Below are positions 55,028 through 64,000 of a stretch of DNA of 64,000 nt, piece by piece (positions within the stretch are counted from its first letter, which is position 1; each line of letters begins with the position of its first letter). Where the stretch lies: contig CAKSWU010000010.1 of assembly GCA_934513205.1 (NCBI GenBank), positions 884 to 64,883 on the forward strand, in the 5' to 3' direction. The DNA is from an uncultured Faecalibacterium sp. (GTDB lineage Bacteria; Bacillota; Clostridia; Oscillospirales; Ruminococcaceae). Both the position numbers and the translations under genes were made by a program. Below the pieces are notes generated by a model. That model saw only the letters and a program-made list of their open reading frames with translations. It did no database searches and was not told the origin of the DNA.

Positions 55028-56431
55028 TCAGACAGGATGAGACTGATTGGTGTAGTCCACATGATCGCCGTCCACGCCCTGCTTTTTGGCATTGCGCTTA
55101 TCGAAGAACTTGGGTGCCACCTGCGGGAACATGGCGTAGGTCAGCACGTCCTCTTCCTGCGTTGCCCACTTGGCAGCCTCGGCCTTCAGCTTGTCCATCT
55201 CGGGAGCCAGCGTATCGGCAAAGCGGCAGGTGATGGGCTGCTCGTCGCCCAGGATCTTCTTTGTGAACTCGGGGCTGATGGGAGCGGGAGTCTTGCCGTA
55301 GTCGCCGTGGACCAGACCCTTGAACTCCTTGGTGACCATCTTGTAACGCTCGCCCATGATGACGTTGAACACAGCCTGCGTGCCAACGATCTGGCTGGTA
55401 GGGGTGACCAGCGGCGGATAGCCTGCATCCTCACGCACGCGGGGGATCTCTGCCAGCACTTCGTCCAGCTTATCCTCCTTGCCGGCATCCTTCAGCTGCT
55501 TGAGCATGTTGGAGAACATGCCGCCCGGCACCTGATACAGCAGGGTGTTGGCGTCCACGCCCAGACTCTTGGGGCTGATTTGACCGTTTGCGATATACTT
55601 CTCGCGCAGCTTTGCAAAGTAAGCGCGCACAACGTTCAGCTGCTTCAGATCCAGACCGGTGTCGTAGTCGGTGCCCTGCAGGGCAGCTACCAGACTCTCG
55701 GTGGGCATGTGGCTGGTGCCCAGGCTCAGGGGGCTCATGGCGGTATCAATGATGTCAGCGCCTGCCTCGATGCCCTTGAGGATGGACATGGAAGCCAGAC
55801 CTGCGGTGTAATGGCTGTGGATGTCCACAGGGATGCTGACGGTCTCCTTCAGCTTCTTGACCAGATCGTAGCAGGTATAGGGGGTCAGCAGACCGGCCAT
55901 ATCCTTGATGCAGATGGAGTTTGCACCCATCTCCTCCAGAGTCTTGGCGTAGTTTGCAAAATACTCGTTGTTGTGGACGGGGCTCAGGGTGTAGCTGATG
56001 CAGCCCTGCACATGAGCACCTTCCTTGTTGGCAGACTTGATAGCAGTCTGCAGGTTGCGGGGATCGTTCAGTGCATCAAAGATGCGGATGACATCAATGC
56101 CATTGGCAACAGACTTCTGCACAAAATACTCCACAGCATCATCTGCATAGGGACGATAGCCCAGCATGTTCTGACCGCGGAACAGCATCTGCAGCTTCTG
56201 GTGGGGCAGCTCCTTGCGCAGGATGCGCAGACGCTCCCACGGGTCCTCGTCCAGGAAGCGGATGCAGCTGTCGAACGTAGCGCCGCCCCAGCACTCCACG
56301 GAGAAGTAGTTGATCTTGTCCATTTCGGGCAGGATGGGACGCATCTCGTCCATCGTCATGCGGGTAGCCAGCAGAGACTGGTGTGCATCGCGCAGAACGA
56401 CCTCGGTAACCTTGATCGGCTTTTTGGCCAT
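55028..56431 (-). CDS. Oxaloacetate decarboxylase alpha / transcarboxylase 5S-type carboxyltransferase subunit (no fused biotinyl domain)
   Basis: ORF 55028..56440. ATG 56431 follows AAGGGAGAGGTGA. ..VVLRDAHQSL.. (HMGL-like TIM barrel), ..DMAGLL.., ..HSHYTAGLA... The protein ends without an AMKM domain. Confidence 0.92.
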   Translation of the reverse strand: MAKKPIKVTEVVLRDAHQSLLATRMTMDEMRPILPEMDKINYFSVECWGGATFDSCIRFLDEDPWERLRILRKELPHQKLQMLFRGQNMLGYRPYADDAVEYFVQKSVANGIDVIRIFDALNDPRNLQTAIKSANKEGAHVQGCISYTLSPVHNNEYFANYAKTLEEMGANSICIKDMAGLLTPYTCYDLVKKLKETVSIPVDIHSHYTAGLASMSILKGIEAGADIIDTAMSPLSLGTSHMPTESLVAALQGTDYDTGLDLKQLNVVRAYFAKLREKYIANGQISPKSLGVDANTLLYQVPGGMFSNMLKQLKDAGKEDKLDEVLAEIPRVREDAGYPPLVTPTSQIVGTQAVFNVIMGERYKMVTKEFKGLVHGDYGKTPAPISPEFTKKILGDEQPITCRFADTLAPEMDKLKAEAAKWATQEEDVLTYAMFPQVAPKFFDKRNAKKQGVDGDHVDYTNQSHPV

Positions 56432-56447
56432 GATTGTCACCTCTCCC

Positions 56448-56825
56448 TTAGTTCATGGAAACCAGAACGTCACCGGAGTTGACGGTATCGCCCTTGTTCA
56501 CGTTGATGGATGCCACAGTGCCGTCCTGCGGAGCAACGATCTCGTTCTCCATCTTCATAGCCTCCAGAATGACCAGCACATCGCCAGCCTTCACGGATGC
56601 ACCGGCAGCCACCTTGACATCCAGAATGTTGCCGGGCATGGGAGCCTTGACAGCAACAGCACCGGCAGCGCCTGCGGCAGCCTTGGGGGCAGCAGCGGGA
56701 ACCGGAGCAGCCTTGGGGGCAGCAGGAGCGGCAACGGGAGCAGCAACAGGAGCTGCACCTGCGGCAGTCTCCTCCACGGAGACGCTGTAAGCAACGCCAT
56801 TGACGGTAATATTGTAGTACTTCAT
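56448..56825 (-). CDS. Biotin carboxyl carrier protein (1.3S-like biotinyl subunit)
   Basis: ORF 56448..56840. ATG 56825 follows GGAGGA. Ala/Pro-rich linker, then ..GDVLVILEAMKMENEIVAP.. (biotinyl-Lys motif). Confidence 0.92.
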   Translation of the reverse strand: MKYYNITVNGVAYSVSVEETAAGAAPVAAPVAAPAAPKAAPVPAAAPKAAAGAAGAVAVKAPMPGNILDVKVAAGASVKAGDVLVILEAMKMENEIVAPQDGTVASINVNKGDTVNSGDVLVSMN

Positions 56826-56869
56826 GGAAGGATCCTCCAAATCAATCTCGTAAAACTATATTCAGACGT

Positions 56870-58189
56870 TTACAGGGCCATGTTGCCGTGCTTCTTGGGC
56901 AGACGGGCAGCACGCTTGGTGCTCAGCAGTTCCAGAGCAGCCACAACGCTGGCGCGCACATTGGCAGCGTCGCAGATCATGTCGGCTGCGCCGGATGCAA
57001 CAGCGTTGGCAGCGCAGCACACCTCAGCGGCGTAAGCGGCAGCCTTGGCATTGGTGGCAGCAATGATGTTGTCAGAAGCGTCGATCTCGTCCTTGTACAG
57101 AACGCTGACAGCGGCGGAAGGCTCCAGTGCACTGACGACACAGCCCTCCACAGCGATGCGCAGATCGGCTGCTGCCAGAGCGGTGTAGACCGGGCCGACA
57201 GCCTTGCCTGCCAGCACGGTGACCTTTGCGGCGGTGGCGTCGGCGTAGGTGCCAGCCAGACGGGCAGCCTCGCGGATGCCGCCGGCAATGTCATCGCTGG
57301 CACTGGGCACAAAGCCCTCGGTGTCCACGATGGTGATCACCGGCACGCTGAACGCATCGCACAGACGCACAAAGCGGGAAGCCTTTGCCACGCAGTTGTG
57401 GCAAAGCTGCTTGCCGGTAGCCACAACACCCACAGCGTTGCCGCCAACGGTCGCAAATGCGGTGTACACCGACTTGCCGAAGCCTGCGAACAGCTCCACA
57501 GCACTGTCCTTGTCCACCACAGCGGCAGCAGCCTTGGCGGGCTCTGCACCGGCGGTCAGGGCAGCAGCGGGCTGCTCGAACTCGAAGATGGCAGGGCCGG
57601 TCAGGTTGTTGGCGGGCAGCAGACCCACGATGTGGGCAGCCTTCTCGGCAGCCTCAGCAGCGTCTGCTGTCACAATGGCAGCCACGCCGGCCTTGGCAGC
57701 AGCTGCTGCGCTGCCTGCGTCAGCCACCTTGTCGCCCTTGGCGGCGGAGGTGAACGGAGCGGTGAAGAACAGCTCTGCGCCCTCAGCCATGATGCAGACA
57801 TCTGCATTGGCAGCGCTCAGAGCGCTGGTGCCGCCGCAGACACCCAGGACCACCGCCACCTGCGGGATCACGCCGGAAACCTTTGCGATCTGCGCATTCA
57901 GCTTCGCGGTTGCGGTCAGAACATCCAGACCCTCGGTCAGCTTTGCGCCGACAGAGTTGTAGAACGTGACCACCGGGCAGCCGGTCTGAGCAGCCATCTC
58001 CAGAATCTTGATGTTCTTTTCGACATCTTTTACGGTAACAGCTTCACCGTTCTGATAAACGGCATACGCCTGCTGACCTGCCGCATAGCCGCAGGCAGCG
58101 CTCACTGCGCCGTCAGCAAACAGCGCAGTGTACTCCCCGTCATCGAAAAACTTGGCGAGGATTTCTCCCTTATTGATCTTTGAAGCCAT
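56870..58189 (-). CDS. Divergent acyl-CoA carboxyltransferase (12S/PccB-family), short and Ala-rich
   Basis: 439 aa. N-domain motif VVLGVCGGTSALSAANADVCIM (compare GPCAGGAVYSPA..D). C-domain ASRFVRLCDAFSVPVITIVDTEGFVP...GKAVGPVY (compare RF.R.CDAFN.P..T.VD.PGF.PG...RKAYGGAY). AGGAGG RBS. Confidence 0.8.
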   Translation of the reverse strand: MASKINKGEILAKFFDDGEYTALFADGAVSAACGYAAGQQAYAVYQNGEAVTVKDVEKNIKILEMAAQTGCPVVTFYNSVGAKLTEGLDVLTATAKLNAQIAKVSGVIPQVAVVLGVCGGTSALSAANADVCIMAEGAELFFTAPFTSAAKGDKVADAGSAAAAAKAGVAAIVTADAAEAAEKAAHIVGLLPANNLTGPAIFEFEQPAAALTAGAEPAKAAAAVVDKDSAVELFAGFGKSVYTAFATVGGNAVGVVATGKQLCHNCVAKASRFVRLCDAFSVPVITIVDTEGFVPSASDDIAGGIREAARLAGTYADATAAKVTVLAGKAVGPVYTALAAADLRIAVEGCVVSALEPSAAVSVLYKDEIDASDNIIAATNAKAAAYAAEVCCAANAVASGAADMICDAANVRASVVAALELLSTKRAARLPKKHGNMAL

Positions 58190-58234
58190 GGTAAGACCTC
58201 CTGGTTGTCTGTGTGAGCTTTCAAAATTGACTTA

Positions 58235-58263
58235 ATTATACTGAAATTCCCAGAAAAATGCAA
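58235..58263 (-). promoter_or_regulatory. Consensus-like sigma-A promoter of the carboxyltransferase operon
   Basis: Minus strand reads TTGCAT, 17 nt spacer, TATAAT, about 40 nt upstream of the ATG at 58189. Confidence 0.6.
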
Positions 58264-58562
58264 GAGATTCTATAAAAATCCATCTGTTTCAACATCTGTC
58301 GCATCGGGATAGGCAATTTTTTAACGATTTATCGTTTTGCGCAGCTCCGACTCTTTTTCCATGAATACAAGCTTGTGTCTGTGCCTTTGTACGGACGACA
58401 AAAATCTGCCCGGATTTTCAGCACTCTGCGCCGGCCGGACGCATTTCTTTTTCCGACTATTTATGTTAAACTGTTTTTGAACCATATTATTCTTGTAAAT
58501 AATGCGGATATTTCCCGCGGCAGTCCTTTCTGCCGCCGTGAAGTCAGAAGAGGTCAAAACCA

Positions 58563-60500
58563 TTGAAAAAAAACATCGAATCTGTTTCCCGCGCGGTCCA
58601 CTCCTACCGTTCTCTCCACCGCTCTGCCCGGGCGCTGGTGCACCGGGGCGGGGTTTGTCTTTCCGCAGCAGTCGTTCTGTATAAGGTTGCTTCCAGTCGT
58701 CTGTTTGTGCCGCTGATGCAGCAGCTGTGGGCGCTGACGCTGCGCAAGGCTCCCATGCATTACCTGAACAATCGCAATGCCACAGACATCTTTGCCTCCC
58801 CTGCCATTCTGGGTGGCATCGTCCTCATTGCCGTCCTGACCGCATTCTGGACCCTGTTCGAGTTTTCTGTGGTGCTGCACGGGCTGGACCTTGCCCGCCG
58901 GGGTGAGACGCTGCATCTCCCTGCGCTGCTGCGGTGCTCCCTGCGGGATATCCGCCATGCGCTGCTGCCCCAAAACTGGCTGGTGCTGGTGTGGTGCGTC
59001 CTTCTTGTGCCCTTCACCAGCTTTTTTCTGGCATCGGACTATATCACCCAGCTGGCTGTCCCGGAATACCTTTTGGGCATGCTGCAAGCCGCGCTGCGCA
59101 AGCATCCGCTTTCTATGGCTGTGGGCGTTCTGCCGGTCCTGCTGCAGGTCGGCGGTGTGCTGGTGCTGCCGCTCTTTGTTCTGGAGCGCAAGAGCCTCTG
59201 GCAGTCGCTCCGGGAAAGCGCTGCCACCTTGGGCCGGCGCATCGTCCCCACCCTGCTTTTGCTGCTTTGCTGGGATCTTTCGGTCATGGTCCGGGCTGCA
59301 GCGCTGGTCGTTCTGACGGTGCTGCCGCTGTACGGCATCGTTCTTGCCGTGGGCATGAAAAGCACCGCCGGCATGTTTGCTCTGGCACAGGCCTGCCACA
59401 CAGTGGAGGCGCCGTTCTTCCGCCTCCTGCTCGACAGCTTTGCCACCCTTGCCCGGTGTGCCCTCCTGATGCTGCTGTACTTCCGTCTGCGGGGGGATGC
59501 AGACACCGTGCCGGACAACCGTCCCCGCCGCGGCAAAGCGGTGCTGGCGGCATCCGTTGCCGGCATGACTGCCCTGACCTTTCTGCTTTCCGCTGTCTAT
59601 CTGGTCCTGCCCGCAGACCACGAACTGCGCAGCCTTCTGGGTGGCACTGACCCCATCATCACCGCACACCGGGGCGTTTCCTCCGCTGCGCCGGAAAATA
59701 CCCTGCCTGCCTTCCAACAGGCCATTGAATGCGGCTGTCAGCGGGCGGAGCTGGATGTGCAGATGACCCGGGACGGCATCGTTATGGTGACCCACGACAC
59801 CAGCCTGCGGCGCTGCACCGGGCGCAGCGCCAACATCTACGACCTGACCTTTGCGCAGGTGCGCAGACTGGACGCCGGGCAGTGGTTCGGCAGCCGCTAT
59901 GCCGGGACGAAGGTCCCCACACTGGAGGAGGTGCTGGACCTGTGCAAGGGCCGGATCCAGCTGAACATTGAGATCAAGCCCAGTGCCGCCACGCCAGAGC
60001 TGGAAGCGGAGACCCTGCGCATCATCCGGGAAAAGGACTTTGTGCAGGACTGTGTCATCACCTCCCAGAGCTACGAAACGCTGTGCAAAGTAAAGCAGCT
60101 GGCTCCGGAGATCCCGACCGGGTATATCCTTGCGCTGGGAGTTGGCGGCTACTATGACCTGCCTGCTGCAGATTTTTTCAGCGTTGAGGGCACCTTTATC
60201 ACCTCCGGTATGGTCCAGCAGATCCACAAACGCGGCAAAACCATCTCGGCATGGACCATCAACCGCCCGGAGGACGCCACCGAGCTGCTGAGTCTGGGCG
60301 TAGACGACATCATCACCGACCGTCCCGCCATGGTGCAGGAGCTGCTGCGGCAGGATGCAGACCCTGCCGGCGGCCTGCTTTTGATCCGGGATGCGCTCCG
60401 CGACTGGTTCGCCAGCCGGAACGAGACTGTGCCGGACCCCGTCGATGCGGTCATTGAAGAAGCCGTTGAGGACCCGGAAGAGGTCCTGGACGCTGCCTGA
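58563..60500 (+). CDS. Membrane-domain glycerophosphodiester phosphodiesterase (GDPD)
   Basis: 645 aa with about 7 N-terminal TM helices. C-terminal GDPD domain (ITAHRGVSSAAPENTLPAFQQAIECGCQRAELDVQMTRDGIVMVTHD..). The start is TTG at 58563 (GAGG about 10 nt upstream), and an internal ATG start cannot be excluded. Confidence 0.8.
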   Translation: MKKNIESVSRAVHSYRSLHRSARALVHRGGVCLSAAVVLYKVASSRLFVPLMQQLWALTLRKAPMHYLNNRNATDIFASPAILGGIVLIAVLTAFWTLFEFSVVLHGLDLARRGETLHLPALLRCSLRDIRHALLPQNWLVLVWCVLLVPFTSFFLASDYITQLAVPEYLLGMLQAALRKHPLSMAVGVLPVLLQVGGVLVLPLFVLERKSLWQSLRESAATLGRRIVPTLLLLLCWDLSVMVRAAALVVLTVLPLYGIVLAVGMKSTAGMFALAQACHTVEAPFFRLLLDSFATLARCALLMLLYFRLRGDADTVPDNRPRRGKAVLAASVAGMTALTFLLSAVYLVLPADHELRSLLGGTDPIITAHRGVSSAAPENTLPAFQQAIECGCQRAELDVQMTRDGIVMVTHDTSLRRCTGRSANIYDLTFAQVRRLDAGQWFGSRYAGTKVPTLEEVLDLCKGRIQLNIEIKPSAATPELEAETLRIIREKDFVQDCVITSQSYETLCKVKQLAPEIPTGYILALGVGGYYDLPAADFFSVEGTFITSGMVQQIHKRGKTISAWTINRPEDATELLSLGVDDIITDRPAMVQELLRQDADPAGGLLLIRDALRDWFASRNETVPDPVDAVIEEAVEDPEEVLDAA

Positions 60501-60530
60501 CCCTGCACCATCCACCTTCCCATACATAGC

Positions 60531-60569
60531 AAAAGCCGCCGCACGTTGATCTTGTGCAGCGGCTTTTTT
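60531..60569. terminator. Bidirectional rho-independent terminator
   Basis: AAAAGCCGCCGCAC-gttgatctt-GTGCAGCGGCTTTTTT lies between convergent genes. Confidence 0.85.
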
Positions 60570-60582
60570 CTGATCTCAGTTC

Positions 60583-61377
60583 TCAGGACAGCATCATGCG
60601 GTCGTTTGCAAATTCGCCGCCGCTGGCGATCTGGAACTTTGCCAGCAGGTCGGAGACGTGGAGGTTTTTCTTCTCCTCGCCGGAGACATCATAGATGATG
60701 TGTCCCTCATGCATCATAATGAGGCGGTTGCCGTATTTGATGGCATCCTTCATGTTGTGGGTGATCATCATGGTGGTCAGGTGATTTTCCTCCACGATGC
60801 GTGCCGACAGGGTCAGCACCTTCAGCGCGGTCTTGGGGTCCAGCGCGGCGGTGTGTTCGTCCAGCAGCAGGAGTTTGGGCTTGTTCATGGTCGCCATCAG
60901 CAGGGTCAGTGCCTGACGCTGACCACCGGAAAGCAGTCCCACGCGGGCGGTCAGGCGGTCCTCAAGGCCCAGATCAAGGGTCTTGAGCAGCTCTCGGTAC
61001 TGCTCCCGCTCTGCCTTGGTGATGCCGATGCGCAGAGTGCGCCGCTTGCCGCGGCGGGCTGCCAGCGCCAGATTTTCTTCGATCTGCATCGTGGCTGCAG
61101 TGCCGGTCATGGGGTCCTGAAACACGCGTCCGATGTAGGCGGCGCGCTGGTGTTCGCCCAAACGGGTGACATCCACTCCGTCGATCAGGATTTTGCCCTC
61201 ATCCACAGGCCACACACCCGCCACCGCGTTCAGCATGGTGGACTTGCCTGCACCGTTGCCGCCGATGACCGTGACGAAGTCGCCTTCGTTCAGTTTCAGG
61301 TTCAGACCGTTCAGTGCGGTTTTCTGGTTCACCGTGCCAGCATTGAAGGTCTTGGAAACATTCTGGATCTCAAGCAT
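60583..61377 (-). CDS. ABC transporter ATP-binding protein (COG1101-type)
   Basis: 264 aa. Walker A GGNGAGKST, signature LSGGQRQ, Walker B LLLLDE. Confidence 0.93.
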   Translation of the reverse strand: MLEIQNVSKTFNAGTVNQKTALNGLNLKLNEGDFVTVIGGNGAGKSTMLNAVAGVWPVDEGKILIDGVDVTRLGEHQRAAYIGRVFQDPMTGTAATMQIEENLALAARRGKRRTLRIGITKAEREQYRELLKTLDLGLEDRLTARVGLLSGGQRQALTLLMATMNKPKLLLLDEHTAALDPKTALKVLTLSARIVEENHLTTMMITHNMKDAIKYGNRLIMMHEGHIIYDVSGEEKKNLHVSDLLAKFQIASGGEFANDRMMLS

Positions 61378-62311
61378 TTTTTGCGTCCTCCTTTGCCTTC
61401 TTCACCGGCTTCGAAAAGTATTTGCCCTTCCAGTACGGCACCGCCAGGAACACTGCCACCACAGAGGCACTCAGCAGCTTGAGCAGGTTGGCGTCAAAGC
61501 CCAGCGTCAGCACCAGCTGGATGACCAGATAGTAGATGATGGCACCCAGCGACACCGAGAGCATCTTCAGTGCAAAGTTGTGGAAGATGCGGCTGAACAG
61601 TGCCTCACCGATGATGACTGCAGCCAGACCAATGACGATGGCACCGCGGCCCATGCCCACGTCTGCAAAGCCCTGATACTGGCTGAGCAGTGCACCGGAC
61701 AGAGCCACCAGACCGTTGGACACAGCCAGACCCAGCACGATGTTCAGGTTGGTGTTGATGCCCTGTGCCCGGGACATGGCGGGGTTGGAGCCGGTGGCGC
61801 GGATGGCGCAGCCCAGCTCTGTGCCGAAGAACCAGTACAGAATGCCAATGAGCACAGCCGTGACAAGAATGATCATCACGATGGGGTTGCGGATGGCAAA
61901 CTCCTTGACCCAGCGCAGCGAGATGAGCAGGCCGTATTTGTCCACGTTGATGGACTGGTTGGCCTTGCCCATAATCTTCAGGTTGATGGAATACAGGGCC
62001 AGCTGGGTCAGGATGCCTGCCAGAATGGCGGGGATGCCCATGAAGGTGTGCAGGATGCCGGTGACAAGGCCTGCCAGCAGCCCCGCCACAAGGGCCATCA
62101 GCAGCGAGACCCAGACGTTCTGCCCGGACAGCAGGCACATGACGCACACAGCGCCGCCGGTGCCAAAGGAGCCGTCCACGGTCAGGTCTGCCACATCCAG
62201 AATGCGGAAGGTCAGGTACACGCCAATGGCCATGATGCCCCAGATAAGGCCCTGCGCACAGGCACCCGGCAGAGCGCCCGGCAGATTGGCCAGTCTTGCA
62301 ATGATCTCCAA
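61370..62311 (-). CDS. ABC transporter permease (COG4120-type)
   Basis: 313 aa polytopic protein. Overlaps the ATPase start by 8 nt. AGGAGG RBS. Confidence 0.9.
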   Translation of the reverse strand: MEIIARLANLPGALPGACAQGLIWGIMAIGVYLTFRILDVADLTVDGSFGTGGAVCVMCLLSGQNVWVSLLMALVAGLLAGLVTGILHTFMGIPAILAGILTQLALYSINLKIMGKANQSINVDKYGLLISLRWVKEFAIRNPIVMIILVTAVLIGILYWFFGTELGCAIRATGSNPAMSRAQGINTNLNIVLGLAVSNGLVALSGALLSQYQGFADVGMGRGAIVIGLAAVIIGEALFSRIFHNFALKMLSVSLGAIIYYLVIQLVLTLGFDANLLKLLSASVVAVFLAVPYWKGKYFSKPVKKAKEDAKNA

Positions 62312-62428
62312 AATAATTCCTCCTAAACATTACACTTTTTTATTCCCCGCATGGATAACGGGAAAGCGGAGAAGAGCAGGAACCACTCTCCTCCGCTATT
62401 TTTATACTGTTTTGCTCTCAGCTGTCTC

Positions 62429-63436
62429 TCAGGCTTCAATCTCCTCGTAGCCTTCGGGAACGGTCAGGCCCAGCTCCTCGCAGATCGTCTTGTTGTACTT
62501 CTTGGTCACGTCGGTGTACTCGATGGGCATGGTGGAGATATCGGCTTCGCCGTTCAGGATCTTGACCGCCATCTCACCAGTGGTGCGGCCCAGATCGTAG
62601 TAGCTGATGGACAGCGTTGCCACGCCGCAGCCGGCGCAGATGCCTTCCTCGCCTGCAAACACCGGCTTCTTGGCAGGGCGGCAGATGCCGTCCACGATGC
62701 CGGTGTTGGCAGCGACCGTGTTATCGGTGGGCACATACAGGGCATCATTTTCGTTGGCTGCCTGCTGGCAGACAGAGGACAGATCGTTGGAATCGGAGAA
62801 CGCATACAGGTTTGCCGTGATGCCCTTGGCTTCCAGATACTCTGTCACTTTATCCACCTGATACTGGCTGTTTGCCTCGGCGGAGCAGTACAGCAGACCC
62901 ACGGTCTTGACATCAGGCATCCACTCCACGATCATGTCTGCCTGCTGGTCCAGCGGAGCCAGATCGGAGGTGCCGGAAATGTTGCCGCCTACGGTGCCGT
63001 CAAAGTCGGTCAGCCCCAGTGCCACGCCGTACTCGGTGATGGAGGTGCCCAACACCGGGATGGTGTCGGTCGCCGCCTGTGCAGCCTGCAGTGCAGGCGT
63101 TGCATTTGCCAAAATCAGGTCCACGCCTGCAGAAACAAAGCCATTGGCAATGGTGGCGCAGGTAGCAGAATCGCCCTGCGCGTTCTGCAGGTCGAACGAA
63201 ACACTGTCGCCGAACGCATCGGTCAGTGCATCTTCAAAGCCCTGCGTGGCAGCATCCAGTGCAACATGCTGGACCAGCTGGCAGATGCCAACGTTGAATT
63301 TTTTTCCACCGGCAGCCGAAGCAGATGCGGATGCAACCGTAGAAGCGGAGGATGCACCACCGCAGGCCGTCAGGGCAGCAGCAGCGCCGCAGGCAGCGGC
63401 AGCTGTCAGGAAGGAACGACGAGTGATTTTACGCAT
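62429..63436 (-). CDS. ABC transporter substrate-binding lipoprotein (ABC_sub_bind / COG2984 family, TrpX-like)
   Basis: 335 aa. Signal peptide with RRSFLTAAAA and lipobox LTAC, then ..KKFNVGICQLVQHVALDAA..GF... Confidence 0.9.
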   Translation of the reverse strand: MRKITRRSFLTAAAACGAAAALTACGGASSASTVASASASAAGGKKFNVGICQLVQHVALDAATQGFEDALTDAFGDSVSFDLQNAQGDSATCATIANGFVSAGVDLILANATPALQAAQAATDTIPVLGTSITEYGVALGLTDFDGTVGGNISGTSDLAPLDQQADMIVEWMPDVKTVGLLYCSAEANSQYQVDKVTEYLEAKGITANLYAFSDSNDLSSVCQQAANENDALYVPTDNTVAANTGIVDGICRPAKKPVFAGEEGICAGCGVATLSISYYDLGRTTGEMAVKILNGEADISTMPIEYTDVTKKYNKTICEELGLTVPEGYEEIEA

Positions 63437-63628
63437 AATGATCGATCTCCTCTATCTTTTCAGTTGCGCAGCCTACAGGGCGCTGCGCCAGAAAAGCAAA
63501 TCGCTGTAATTCAGTGTCGTACAGTTTTGCTTTACACTCGTGAAGTATAGCACAGATCCCGCCGCAAAACAATCCATTTTCGCTCTAAAATGGCCCGAAT
63601 TATTGATTGCGTCGAACGCACCTATCAA

Positions 63629-64000
63629 TTATTTCGATTGGTTATTTCGTTTTTTCTGATACGCAGTCAGTTTTGCAAATTTCCCCTCCAGCTTTTGCAG
63701 ATTCCGTTCCAGCTGCGGAAGAAAGGGGGCAGAGTAATCGTAATCAAAATACAGTGCCTGCCAGAGCTTCGCCTGTGCCCGGCGCAGCAGAACAGGGCTC
63801 AGCACCTTCTCCAGCTGTTCTACCGTATCTTCCAGCGCCATGCAGGCCTGTGCCCAGCGCACATCCACCGCCTCCCGCGCCGGGACATCGTAGCGGGCAA
63901 GATAGTCCTGCACCCTTGCTTCAATGACCTGCCCGCCGCAGTCCGTGGGCTGCAAAAAGTAGTGTACCTTCCCTGCCCGGCTGATCTCCTGCGCCAGCGG
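63629..64000 (-). CDS. C-terminal part of an unidentified protein (5' end outside the window)
   Basis: The ORF-track entry 63629..63955 begins at a TTG, but the frame stays open upstream to position 64000 (..PLAQEISRAGKVHYFLQPTDCGGQVIEARV..). I recognise no family. Confidence 0.55.
   Translation of the reverse strand, partial: PLAQEISRAGKVHYFLQPTDCGGQVIEARVQDYLARYDVPAREAVDVRWAQACMALEDTVEQLEKVLSPVLLRRAQAKLWQALYFDYDYSAPFLPQLERNLQKLEGKFAKLTAYQKKRNNQSK

Noticed and set aside
58427-58454. Terminator-like element TGCGCCGGCCGGACGCA + TTTCTTTTT upstream of the GDPD gene (possible sRNA end or attenuator)
   Set aside because: On pairing it out, only about 5 bp form, with a mismatch and a cramped loop. 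That is too weak to call.
1-64000. Scan of intergenic regions for tRNA, rRNA, tmRNA or RNase P-like genes and for intact IS or prophage boundaries
   Set aside because: I saw no cloverleaf-compatible sequences (no GGTTCGAATCC-type T-arms), no rRNA-like stretches, and no integrase, recombinase or terminal inverted repeats. A tRNAscan-SE or Infernal run would be needed to confirm this.

Overview
This is a high-GC (about 60% by eye) Firmicutes/Clostridia-type chromosomal segment. The proteins look Oscillospiraceae/Faecalibacterium-like, but that taxon call is inference only. I support about 57 protein-coding genes, roughly 85% on the minus strand, and nearly all are core housekeeping. They include uvrA (partial)-uvrB, radC, pta, a lon-engB-methyltransferase-hslO operon, tsf-rpsB, cstA, and oxidative-stress genes (flavodoxin, reverse rubrerythrin). 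A long block is colinear with the Bacillus subtilis yloC..yloS cluster: yicC-remA-gmk-priA-def-fmt-rsmB-rlmN-stp-prkC-rsgA-thiN. I saw no rRNA, tRNA, CRISPR array or intact IS element. The many long ORFs antisense to these genes are high-GC shadow ORFs. The observations most worth a second look are listed here. (1) A low-GC GIY-YIG nuclease gene is wedged between priA and def in an otherwise conserved operon, which looks like a free-standing homing-endonuclease or selfish insertion. (2) A complete T-box leader (promoter, Stem I K-turn, AG bulge, F-box, T-box, competing antiterminator/terminator) lies in front of the carbon-starvation transporter cstA. (3) Twin Fur-family (PerR-like) operators overlap a consensus promoter of a reverse rubrerythrin. 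(4) A terminator-containing attenuator leader precedes a uracil permease. (5) A three-gene biotin-dependent transcarboxylase-like module has a short, divergent carboxyltransferase and no biotin carboxylase or membrane pump subunit. (6) Several small genes are missing from or ambiguous in the ORF track: a DUF1540 sORF, a Cys-rich protein downstream of yerC, and an acidic sORF with a strong Shine-Dalgarno. Start codons were re-picked by RBS inspection where the ORF track over-extends. All coordinates are from manual counting.
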